A stretch of 64,000 bases of DNA from Chitinophagales bacterium (GTDB taxonomy: Bacteria; Bacteroidota; Bacteroidia; Chitinophagales; Saprospiraceae), in contig JBBSAQ010000015.1 in the NCBI GenBank assembly GCA_038252065.1, forward strand, positions 10,444-74,443, given 5' to 3'. The position numbers were made by a program, and so were the translations under genes. Below the pieces are notes generated by a model. It was not told the DNA's origin, did no database searches, and was given only the letters and a program-made list of their open reading frames with translations. Positions 37,782 through 46,177 of this stretch are shown here, piece after piece (the first letter of the stretch is position 1; the number at the start of each line of letters is the position of its first letter).

Positions 37782-38492
37782 TTATTTTTTAAGCTTATCT
37801 ACAAATCCCTGCATGTCCTGGATATTGTAATAGTATTTTCCTTTCGCTCTTACTACGGGCATGGTAACGCTTCCTCCTGTAAAGCCTGAATTTCGCAATC
37901 CGGCCCACATACTATTGATTTCGGGGGAGTCGGAGGCAGTGCTGTATTCCTCAAAAGAAATACCCTTCGATGTAAGTTGTTTTTTTACGAAAGCGCATCG
38001 GCCGCAGCCCGGTTTGGTATAAAGAATAATTTCAGCTTTGGACAATTCCGATGCCGGAGGAGGTGGGGTTATCGTTTCTGTGTTTGTAGAAGGTGTAGTA
38101 GAATTTTCTTCCCTTGTTTGAGTCGGTGATGGAGTAGAGGAAGGAGATGCTTTAGCGGGACTAGCGCCTGCGTTTGGTGTTGGCTTTCCGGTAGATTGGG
38201 AGATCGTGACCTCATAGCTGTACTCCCAGCTTTCGCCGGGTTTGGGCGTGAGGTTAGCCATTTCTTTCATAAAGCCGGGGGCAATCGCCGTCTCGACTTT
38301 CGATGAAGGCAATACGTCCATTCCTTTGGAGGTAATGTTGAGCTCAACCGAGTACTCAACCTTGCCTGTATTTCGAGCCATGACAATCACTTTGCTGCCT
38401 TCTTTCTTTTCGAAAACTTCGACATCCTGCTTTTGGGTAAAACCTGTACTTCCGATCAGCAAAAGAGTAAAAATGGAGAGTATCGCTTTCAT
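37782..38492 (-). CDS. Secreted protein with an N-terminal beta-rich domain, a Pro/Thr/Ser linker and a C-terminal glutaredoxin-like domain (CGRC)
   Basis: 236 aa. Signal peptide MKAILSIFTLLLIGSTGFTQ. Linker ...KPTPNAGASPAKASPSSTPSPTQT...TPPPPA. The thioredoxin-fold end reads IILYTKPGCGRCAFVKKQLTSKGISFEEY. Confidence 0.65.
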   Translation of the reverse strand: MKAILSIFTLLLIGSTGFTQKQDVEVFEKKEGSKVIVMARNTGKVEYSVELNITSKGMDVLPSSKVETAIAPGFMKEMANLTPKPGESWEYSYEVTISQSTGKPTPNAGASPAKASPSSTPSPTQTREENSTTPSTNTETITPPPPASELSKAEIILYTKPGCGRCAFVKKQLTSKGISFEEYSTASDSPEINSMWAGLRNSGFTGGSVTMPVVRAKGKYYYNIQDMQGFVDKLKK

Positions 38493-38731
38493 AGTTCAAT
38501 AATTAGCATAAAAATAATGAAACCATAACGTGCCGAAGACATAAAATGATACCAGAGGGCTGTTAAAGAGAAGCTAAAAAGTGATCACATTTCGGGAGTG
38601 TGCATAATCTGTTATAGCCATTGATAATCAACAGATTAAAGCAGTGTGTCACTCGCTCAAAGGCTCTCAAAGTTTGGGTTTAGAAGGTTAGGGAACAAAT
38701 GAGGAGCTATGTATAGCAGAAAATTATTTTA

Positions 38732-38784
38732 TTAATCATTTGATTAAATTATTTGTTTAAATCAAAATTTTGATTTTATCTTTG
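38732..38784 (+). promoter_or_regulatory. Two palindromic candidate TetR operators abutting a TAnnTTTG -7 box
   Basis: TTAATCA-TT-TGATTAA (38732-38747) and the perfect 18-bp palindrome AAATCAAAATTTTGATTT (38759-38776) share ATCA/TGAT half-sites. TATCTTTG (38777-38784) lies 23 nt upstream of the TetR ATG at 38807. Confidence 0.55.
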
Positions 38785-38806
38785 TGGCATTAAGTTCTAT
38801 TCGTGC

Positions 38807-39439
38807 ATGAAAAGCAAGGAGTCCAAGACCGCAATTGATCCGACAACTGAGGAAAAAATCAGAAATGCCGCCCGTAAGGTTTTTACCCAAAAGGGTTATG
38901 GAGCTGCACGCACGAGAGATATAGCGCAGGAAGCAGGTATCAATATCGCTTTACTCAATTACTATTTTCGTAGCAAAGAGAAATTGTTTGAGATCATCAT
39001 GCTGGAAAGTATGCAGGGGTTCATTCATTCCATTTCCGGAATATTAAATGATGATCAAACATCCCTGCAGGACAAGATTCAAATCCTGGTCAGTACCTAT
39101 ATTGATATGCTCACCATTCAACCCAACCTTCCGCTATTTGTGTTGAGTGAATTAAGAGCCAATCCACAAGAGTTGATCCAGAAATTGAATTTTAAGGAGA
39201 AACTGATCCATTCCCATTTCTTCATACAACTTCAACAAGCTATACAAGAAGGGAAAATTCCGCCCATTCATCCACTCCATTTTATGATGAATATCATGGG
39301 GATGATCATATTCCCTTATATCGGCAGCCCTATTCTAAAAAATATAGGTGATCTGGAAGAGAACACTTTTAATACGTTAATGCAGCAACGGAAAACACTG
39401 ATCCCGAAATGGATTGAAGCTATGATGCTGGTGAAATAA
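38807..39439 (+). CDS. TetR/AcrR-family transcriptional regulator
   Basis: 210 aa. The N-terminal HTH is IRNAARKVFTQKGYGAARTRDIAQEAGINIALLNYYFRSKEKLF. Confidence 0.9.
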   Translation: MKSKESKTAIDPTTEEKIRNAARKVFTQKGYGAARTRDIAQEAGINIALLNYYFRSKEKLFEIIMLESMQGFIHSISGILNDDQTSLQDKIQILVSTYIDMLTIQPNLPLFVLSELRANPQELIQKLNFKEKLIHSHFFIQLQQAIQEGKIPPIHPLHFMMNIMGMIIFPYIGSPILKNIGDLEENTFNTLMQQRKTLIPKWIEAMMLVK

Positions 39440-39451
39440 GTGTAACGAAAG

Positions 39452-40786
39452 ATGAATATAAATACTGATTACATAAAAGAATGCTTTCCCATGAATAAGG
39501 AACATAATATCATTTTTAGAAATCAAACCTTCTTAGCAATAATTTATTTCTTAGTTTTTATTTTGTCTGATTTGACCGCACAGGAAACAAAAATCATGAC
39601 CCTCGATGAGTGCTATGTATTGGCCGCAGAGAATTATCCATTAATCAGTCAAAAGGAATTACTAAATACAATAAAAGGATTAACACTTGACAATGCAGAC
39701 AAAGGGAATCTCCCCCAAATCAGCTTTAATGGTCAGGCTACGTATCAATCCGAAGTAACCCAGATTCCAATTGATATACCTGGTATGGAAATTTCTTCAT
39801 TGAGCAAAGATCAGTACAAAGCCTATGTTGATATTTCGCAACCCCTGACCGAAAGAAAAATAATCAATCAGCAAAAAAAATTGATCGAAGCTAAAACAGA
39901 GAACGAACACCAAAAACTTGAAGTAGATATCTACCAATTAAAAGACCGGGTTAACCAGGTTTATTTTGGAATTCTACTTCTCCGTGAACAGATCATACAG
40001 GTGGAATTATTGAAAAAAGATATCCTGTCTGCAATGACGAAAATAAATGCTGCCATTACGAATGGAATTGCATTAAAAAGTAGTGCCGATATACTCAAAG
40101 CTGAATTACTGAAATCTGACCAGCGTACCATCGAATTAAATGCAAGTCTTGAGGGGTACATCCATATGCTGGGATTGCTAATCAACCAGCCAGTGGATAA
40201 GAACACCTTTTTTCAAACGCCACCGAAGCAGCCACTCACCCATATTATTTCGAGACCAGAATTAAAATTATTTGATGTTCAGCAGGAAAGTCTTGACGTG
40301 CAACAGGAAATGATTTCAACAAGGAAAATACCTAAAGTGAGTTTATTTCTTCAAGGAGGTTATGGCAAACCAGGTTTCAATTTTTTGAAGAATAAATTTG
40401 ACTTCTATTATATCGGAGGTATCCGGTTTAATTGGTCTTTAGCCAGCGTGTATACATCCAGAAATGATCATCAGCTTTTTGACCTCAACAAATCAATGAT
40501 CAGCACTCAAAAGGAAACATTTCTTTATAATACCAATCTTTCATTGTCAAGGCAGGAAAGTGAAATCACGAAGTATGATGATCTCGTGGAAGTTGATCAT
40601 CAGATCATCGCGCTCTATGAAAGTATCCTGACGTCATATGCTGCACAATTGGAAAGCGGAACGATTACCACAAATGAATATCTCACACACCTCAATGCCA
40701 TTGATGTCGCCAGGCAAAATCTTGTTCTACACCAGGCCCAGCTGCTCATGGCTCAATACAATTACAAGACAACCTCAGGGAATTAA
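39452..40786 (+). CDS. TolC-family outer-membrane efflux protein
   Basis: 444 aa. Signal peptide, then two OEP-type coiled-coil repeats (LTLDECYVLAAENYPLI...; ...QAQLLMAQYNYKTTSG). Operon context with HlyD and ABC genes. An alternative start lies at 39491. Confidence 0.8.
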   Translation: MNINTDYIKECFPMNKEHNIIFRNQTFLAIIYFLVFILSDLTAQETKIMTLDECYVLAAENYPLISQKELLNTIKGLTLDNADKGNLPQISFNGQATYQSEVTQIPIDIPGMEISSLSKDQYKAYVDISQPLTERKIINQQKKLIEAKTENEHQKLEVDIYQLKDRVNQVYFGILLLREQIIQVELLKKDILSAMTKINAAITNGIALKSSADILKAELLKSDQRTIELNASLEGYIHMLGLLINQPVDKNTFFQTPPKQPLTHIISRPELKLFDVQQESLDVQQEMISTRKIPKVSLFLQGGYGKPGFNFLKNKFDFYYIGGIRFNWSLASVYTSRNDHQLFDLNKSMISTQKETFLYNTNLSLSRQESEITKYDDLVEVDHQIIALYESILTSYAAQLESGTITTNEYLTHLNAIDVARQNLVLHQAQLLMAQYNYKTTSGN

Positions 40787-40807
40787 TCATCAAAACAGAA
40801 AGACAAA

Positions 40808-41707
40808 ATGAAAAAATATATCGGTTTCGTATGTGCAATAATGGTCGTAGCTATAGCCTGTAAAAAGGCAAAAAAGGATTTTGATGCATCCGGTTCATTC
40901 GAAGTTGAAGAAGTCATCATTTCGAGTGAGGCTACCGGGACGATCAGGCAGTTTGATGTCCAGGAAGGACAGAAATTAGTGGAAGGACAGGTGATCGGAT
41001 ACATAGACAGTACGCAGTTATTTCTGCGAAAAAAACAATTGGAAGCACAGATCCAGGCACTGCTAGGAAAAAAACCTGATATTTCAACTCAGCTTGCTTC
41101 CCTCCAGGAACAATTGAAAGCTACGCAGAGGGAACAAAAGAGAATTGTTGATTTGGTAAAAGCTGATGCTGCAACGCCAAAACAACTTGATGATATAAAT
41201 GCGCAAGTAAGTGTTTTGCAAAAACAAATTGCAGCTCAGCAATCGTCTCTGGGAATATCTTCATCAGGGTTTACAAAAGAGGCACTACCGTTAAAGGTGC
41301 AGATCGAACAAATAGATGACCAGCTCCTTAAAACAAAAATTATCAATCCTGTTGAGGGTACAGTGATCTTAAAATATGCTGAAGCTAATGAAATGGCCAC
41401 GCAGGGAAAACCACTTTATAAAATCGCAGATTTGTCGACTTTGATTTTCAGAGCTTATATCACAGGAGACCAACTGCCTCAAATCGCACTCAATCAGAGT
41501 GTAAAAGTTTTGACAGATGATGGGTCCGGAGGATATAAGGAAACGGCAGGTACGATCTCCTGGATCAGTGATAAAGCAGAATTCACACCAAAGACAATTC
41601 AGACAAAGGATGAACGTGCCAATATGGTCTATGCCCTTAAAATTAAAGTAAGGAATGATGGCTATCTCAAAATAGGAATGTATGGCGAATTAAAATTTGA
41701 CCAATGA
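40808..41707 (+). CDS. HlyD-family periplasmic adaptor (membrane fusion protein)
   Basis: 299 aa. Lipobox VAIAC. Barrel-sandwich motif GTIRQFDVQEGQKLVEGQVIGYIDS, a coiled-coil hairpin, and the C-terminal FTPKTIQTKDERANMVYALKIKV. Confidence 0.85.
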   Translation: MKKYIGFVCAIMVVAIACKKAKKDFDASGSFEVEEVIISSEATGTIRQFDVQEGQKLVEGQVIGYIDSTQLFLRKKQLEAQIQALLGKKPDISTQLASLQEQLKATQREQKRIVDLVKADAATPKQLDDINAQVSVLQKQIAAQQSSLGISSSGFTKEALPLKVQIEQIDDQLLKTKIINPVEGTVILKYAEANEMATQGKPLYKIADLSTLIFRAYITGDQLPQIALNQSVKVLTDDGSGGYKETAGTISWISDKAEFTPKTIQTKDERANMVYALKIKVRNDGYLKIGMYGELKFDQ

Positions 41708-42621
41708 GTGATATCTCGCTTCATAATATTACCAAGACGTATGAGAAGGGTCAGATCACGGCTGTAGAGAATGTTTCATTTGAGGTCAACAAAGGGGAGC
41801 TATTCGGATTGATAGGTCCGGATGGAGCGGGAAAAACAAGTATCCTCCGCATGCTGACTACGCTTTTGTTGCCGGATGGTGGTCATGCGATGGTCAATGG
41901 CCTTGATGTTGTCAGGGATTATAAAACGATCCGGAGTAGAATCGGATATATGCCCGGGAAATTTTCCTTGTATCAGGATCTTACCGTTGAGGAGAATCTC
42001 CATTTTTTTGCCACCTTGTTTAATACTTCGATAAAGGAAAATTATGATTTGATCAAAGACATTTATGTTCAGATCGAGCCTTTTAAGAAAAGAAGAGCCG
42101 GAAAACTTTCAGGTGGGATGAAACAAAAACTGGCACTATGTTGTGCGCTTATCCATAAGCCGGAGATTTTATTTCTTGATGAACCCACTACAGGTGTTGA
42201 TGCTGTGTCGAGGAAGGAATTGTGGGAAATGCTGAAGGGTCTTAAGAAGCAAAATATCACAATACTTGTATCTACGCCGTATATGGATGAAGCTAACCTT
42301 TGCGACAGGATAGCCCTTATTCAATCCGGCAAAATCCTGCTGATCAATACACCAGTAAACATTGTCAGTGCCTATGGTGAAAATCTTTATTCGATAAAAT
42401 CCACGGATCGCAAAAAGCTTCTTCAGGATCTGAAGCATTTTGAAAATGTGCGAAGTTGTTTTTCATTCGGTGAATATTTACATTTCACGTTGAAGAAAGA
42501 CGGACAGGATTTTTTGACACAATTAGAGGTATCCATGGAAGAGAAGAACAATACAGCTATTGAAATAAAACAAATTAAGCCTACAATCGAAGATTGCTTT
42601 ATCAAATTAATGTCCGAATAA
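41704..42621 (+). CDS. ABC transporter ATP-binding protein
   Basis: 305 aa. Walker A GPDGAGKTS, signature LSGGMKQKL, Walker B ILFLDEPTTGVD. The start overlaps the HlyD stop. Confidence 0.92.
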   Translation: MSDISLHNITKTYEKGQITAVENVSFEVNKGELFGLIGPDGAGKTSILRMLTTLLLPDGGHAMVNGLDVVRDYKTIRSRIGYMPGKFSLYQDLTVEENLHFFATLFNTSIKENYDLIKDIYVQIEPFKKRRAGKLSGGMKQKLALCCALIHKPEILFLDEPTTGVDAVSRKELWEMLKGLKKQNITILVSTPYMDEANLCDRIALIQSGKILLINTPVNIVSAYGENLYSIKSTDRKKLLQDLKHFENVRSCFSFGEYLHFTLKKDGQDFLTQLEVSMEEKNNTAIEIKQIKPTIEDCFIKLMSE

Positions 42622-42637
42622 ATTAAGTAAATAAATC

Positions 42638-43381
42638 ATGCCAGGGCCCGTAATTGAAACAAATAAACTCACCAAAAAATTTGGTGACTTTGTCGCTGTG
42701 GATGAAATCACATTTGAAGTCCAGCCGGGAGAGATATTCGGATTTCTTGGCGCCAACGGTGCAGGAAAAACTACAGCTATGCGGATGCTTTGTGGCCTTT
42801 CTTTTCCCACATCAGGTTCAGCCACAGTAGGGGGATACGATGTTTACAGAGAGAATGAGCAGATCAAAAAACATATCGGGTATATGAGTCAGAAATTTTC
42901 GTTGTATGAGGATCTGACTATTGTTGAAAATATCAGATTCTATGGTGGAATTTATGGGTTGACCAATAGACAAATAAAGGTCAAGAGTGAAGAGCTAATT
43001 TCATTTTTGGAGTTGGAACATGAAGCCAAAAAATTTGTAAAAGGTTTACCTATCGGGTGGAAACAAAAGTTGTCATTTGCAGTGGCCATAATCCATCAAC
43101 CGAAAATTGTGTTTCTGGATGAACCTACAGGAGGTGTCGACCCCGTGACAAGAAGACAATTCTGGGATCTTATTTATGATGCTTCATCACGTGGTATAAC
43201 CGTTTTCGTCACCACGCATTATATGGATGAGGCTGAATATTGTGATCGGGTATCAGTGATGGTCGATGGATCTATTAAAGCACTGGACTCCCCTTCAAAT
43301 CTTAAACTAAAATATGAGGCTGCGTCCATGGATGATGTATTTTATAAGTTGGCGCGTGGGGCTAAACGCGCCACAGATTAA
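42638..43381 (+). CDS. ABC transporter ATP-binding protein (second ATPase)
   Basis: 247 aa. Walker A GANGAGKTT, Walker B IVFLDEPTGGVD, H-loop TTHYMDEAE. Confidence 0.92.
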   Translation: MPGPVIETNKLTKKFGDFVAVDEITFEVQPGEIFGFLGANGAGKTTAMRMLCGLSFPTSGSATVGGYDVYRENEQIKKHIGYMSQKFSLYEDLTIVENIRFYGGIYGLTNRQIKVKSEELISFLELEHEAKKFVKGLPIGWKQKLSFAVAIIHQPKIVFLDEPTGGVDPVTRRQFWDLIYDASSRGITVFVTTHYMDEAEYCDRVSVMVDGSIKALDSPSNLKLKYEAASMDDVFYKLARGAKRATD

Positions 43382-43448
43382 CCAGATTTCGCAGAATTAA
43401 TTACAGGTTGATGAGAGAAGAATTGACATAAAGTAACAATACGCAATC

Positions 43449-44555
43449 ATGAAACAATTTTTAGCCTTTATTAAAAAAGAATTTTATCATGTATTCCGTG
43501 ACCGGAAAACATTGTTAATGCTTTTTGGGCTTCCTGTTGTTCAGATTGTTTTATTTGGCTTTGCCTTGTCCAATGAAATAAAGAATACGCGCATCGTTGT
43601 AATGGATTATGCAAAAGATGCAGCTTCACAAAGAATTATTGACAGGCTTGAATCCAGTACGTATTTCGAAATCCAAGAGAACCTACTCAGTGCATCGCAG
43701 TTGGAAGCATCCTTTAAAGAAGGGAACATAAAATTAGCTATTGTCATCCCAGCGGATTTTAATGCTGATTTATTGCATTTGAATAAAGCGCAGATCCAGA
43801 TTATCGCTGATGCCTCTGATCCAAATACAGCCAATACATTGACGACATACGCCACAGCGATCATCATGGCTTATCAAGCCGAGTTGAATGGATTACGGCA
43901 TGCACCATATCAGATTACAACAGAAGTAAGGATGCTTTACAATCCAGAGCTGAAAGGAGCGCCCAACTTTGTGCCCGGGGTTATGGCTCTTGTGCTTATG
44001 CTGATCGGTGTGATGATGACAGCCGTATCAATAGTACGGGAAAAGGAAAATGGAACAATGGAGATTCTTCTTGTTTCGCCGTTCAGGCCTTTCCTGGTGA
44101 TTTTATCAAAAGCAATTCCGTATTTGCTCATTTCCATTATCAATGTGATCATCATTCTTTTGCTGAGTGTATATCTCCTCGATCTGCCGATCAATGGAAG
44201 TATTTTCCTCTTATTCGCGGAGAGCATTTTATTGATCATCACTGCCTTATCCTTGGGGCTCCTGATTTCAACAAGCACTGACTCTCAACAAACGGCGATG
44301 TTGCTTTCGATGATGGGCATGATGCTGCCGACACTTTTGTTTACAGGATTTATGTTTCCGATTGAAAACATGCCCATACCCTTACAGATCATCTCCAACA
44401 TTGTACCTGCTAAATGGTATTACATCATTGTGAAATCAATTATGATAAAAGGTTTAGGCATAACAATGATTTGGAAAGAGACTTTAATTCTTGCAGGAAT
44501 GACAGTTATACTGGTAGCTGTAAGCATACGGAAATTTAAAATAAGGCTGGCATGA
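43449..44555 (+). CDS. ABC-2-type transporter permease
   Basis: 368 aa. One N-terminal TM segment, a large periplasmic loop, and five C-terminal TM segments including VREKENGTMEILLVSP (YbhS/YbhR-like). Confidence 0.88.
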   Translation: MKQFLAFIKKEFYHVFRDRKTLLMLFGLPVVQIVLFGFALSNEIKNTRIVVMDYAKDAASQRIIDRLESSTYFEIQENLLSASQLEASFKEGNIKLAIVIPADFNADLLHLNKAQIQIIADASDPNTANTLTTYATAIIMAYQAELNGLRHAPYQITTEVRMLYNPELKGAPNFVPGVMALVLMLIGVMMTAVSIVREKENGTMEILLVSPFRPFLVILSKAIPYLLISIINVIIILLLSVYLLDLPINGSIFLLFAESILLIITALSLGLLISTSTDSQQTAMLLSMMGMMLPTLLFTGFMFPIENMPIPLQIISNIVPAKWYYIIVKSIMIKGLGITMIWKETLILAGMTVILVAVSIRKFKIRLA

Positions 44556-45673
44556 GGACAATAAAATTTTTGATCCAAAAAGAATTCCTTCAGATTTTCA
44601 GGAATAAGGGACTTTTGCCGTTGCTTTTTGTGGCACCATTGATCCAATTGCTTGTACTGCCACTTGCAGCCGATTATGAAGTGAAGAATATTTCAATTTC
44701 TGTTGTTGATCATGATCATTCTGCTTATTCACGAAGCCTGATTTCGGCAATAAGTTCTTCAGGTTACTTCAAAAATGCCGGATATAGCAGCTCATTTATA
44801 GAATCGCTTGCTCAAATCGAAAGCGATAAAGCTGATATTATCCTGGAAGTACCTGTAGGGTTTGAAAAAAATCTTGTCCGCGATGGGGGTGAAAAATTAT
44901 TTGTTGCCATCAATGCGATCAATGGTGTAAAAGCCGGACTGGGAGGAGCTTATCTGACAAAGATCATAAGTCAATTCAATGAAGAGATCAGGATGAAGTG
45001 GATATCGCCATCGCGATTTAATTCCACAGCTGTCATCGAGATCGTTACTTCCACCTGGTTTAATCCGTATATGAATTATAAATATTTCATGGTGCCTGGA
45101 ATTTTAGCTGTCCTGGTGACACTTATATCGAGTTACGTTTGCGCCCTGAATATTGTAAAGGAAAAAGAAATCGGAACGATCGAACAGATTAATGTTACGC
45201 CCATTAAGAAAATACATTTCATTCTGGGCAAGCTGATCCCATTTTTAATCATTGGCATTGTTGTATTCAGTATTGGACTTTTTGCCGTGGGTCGGTTGGT
45301 TTATGGGATATCTCCCATTGGAAGCATAGCCTTGCTATATGCTTTTCTGTTTATTTACCTGATTGCGCTGCTTGGATTTGGATTGTTGATTTCCACCTAT
45401 TCTGATACACAGCAACAAGCGATGTCGATCGCTTTTTTCTTTATGATGTTATTTATGCTCATGAGTGGTTTGTTTACGCCCATTGAAAGCATGCCGCAAT
45501 GGGCCAGGATCATTGCTCAATCGAACCCTGTCACGTATTTTATACAAGTGTTACGCATGATTGTATTGAAAGGAAGTAACTTTAACGATATTAAAATCCA
45601 TTTCCTTGTGATCACGATATTTGCAATCGGAATAAATGGATGGGCCGTAGTTAATTATAAAAAAACAACCTGA
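44552..45673 (+). CDS. ABC-2-type transporter permease (paralogous partner)
   Basis: 373 aa with the same architecture (VKEKEIGTIEQINVTP). The start overlaps the preceding stop (ATGA). Confidence 0.88.
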   Translation: MRTIKFLIQKEFLQIFRNKGLLPLLFVAPLIQLLVLPLAADYEVKNISISVVDHDHSAYSRSLISAISSSGYFKNAGYSSSFIESLAQIESDKADIILEVPVGFEKNLVRDGGEKLFVAINAINGVKAGLGGAYLTKIISQFNEEIRMKWISPSRFNSTAVIEIVTSTWFNPYMNYKYFMVPGILAVLVTLISSYVCALNIVKEKEIGTIEQINVTPIKKIHFILGKLIPFLIIGIVVFSIGLFAVGRLVYGISPIGSIALLYAFLFIYLIALLGFGLLISTYSDTQQQAMSIAFFFMMLFMLMSGLFTPIESMPQWARIIAQSNPVTYFIQVLRMIVLKGSNFNDIKIHFLVITIFAIGINGWAVVNYKKTT

Positions 45674-45764
45674 ATATAATTAATGGAGTATTTTACGTTA
45701 TAGATTTTTTAATTCAATATCCATTTGACATTAGCGAATATGAGATATCTGAAACATAGTTTTT

Positions 45765-46067
45765 ATGGAAGAACGAAGCGATAAATCGCCGCATATCCTC
45801 AATACATCTGCTACACTACTGGGTTTGTGCTTTATTGTATTGACTTCCCTCAAACTCAATAACAAGTCTGAAGCCACATTAATTGACGAATTCACAGCTA
45901 TTGCTATACTCTTTTTTATGGTCAGCAGCTTCCTTTCCTTTTTGTCTATGCGGAGTAAAAGTATACCAAGTCTTCGTTATGAAAAGTTCGCTGATTTTAT
46001 TTTTCTCAGCGGATTATTTTTTCTTTTTCTGACGACGATACTGATCCTCTTCAATTTCATCAAGTAA
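45765..46067 (+). CDS. Small hypothetical membrane protein
   Basis: 100 aa with three predicted hydrophobic helices. No motif recognised. Confidence 0.45.
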   Translation: MEERSDKSPHILNTSATLLGLCFIVLTSLKLNNKSEATLIDEFTAIAILFFMVSSFLSFLSMRSKSIPSLRYEKFADFIFLSGLFFLFLTTILILFNFIK

Positions 46068-46090
46068 GAGAGAGAGAAGTAAGGGGATTG

Positions 46091-46152
46091 AGAAAAAAGA
46101 GAAAAGGTTATCCATAGTCTCAGACTACGGATAACCTTTTCTCTTTTTTTCT
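46091..46152. terminator. Long, nearly perfect hairpin: bidirectional terminator between convergent genes
   Basis: AGAAAAAAGAGAAAAGGTTATCCATAGTC-TCA-GACTACGGATAACCTTTTCTCTTTTTTCT. The stem is ~29 bp with one mismatch. The A/T runs form part of the arms, so either strand yields a hairpin followed by a U-tract. Confidence 0.8.
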
Positions 46153-46177
46153 AATCTTACGCGTCAATCGTTATTCG

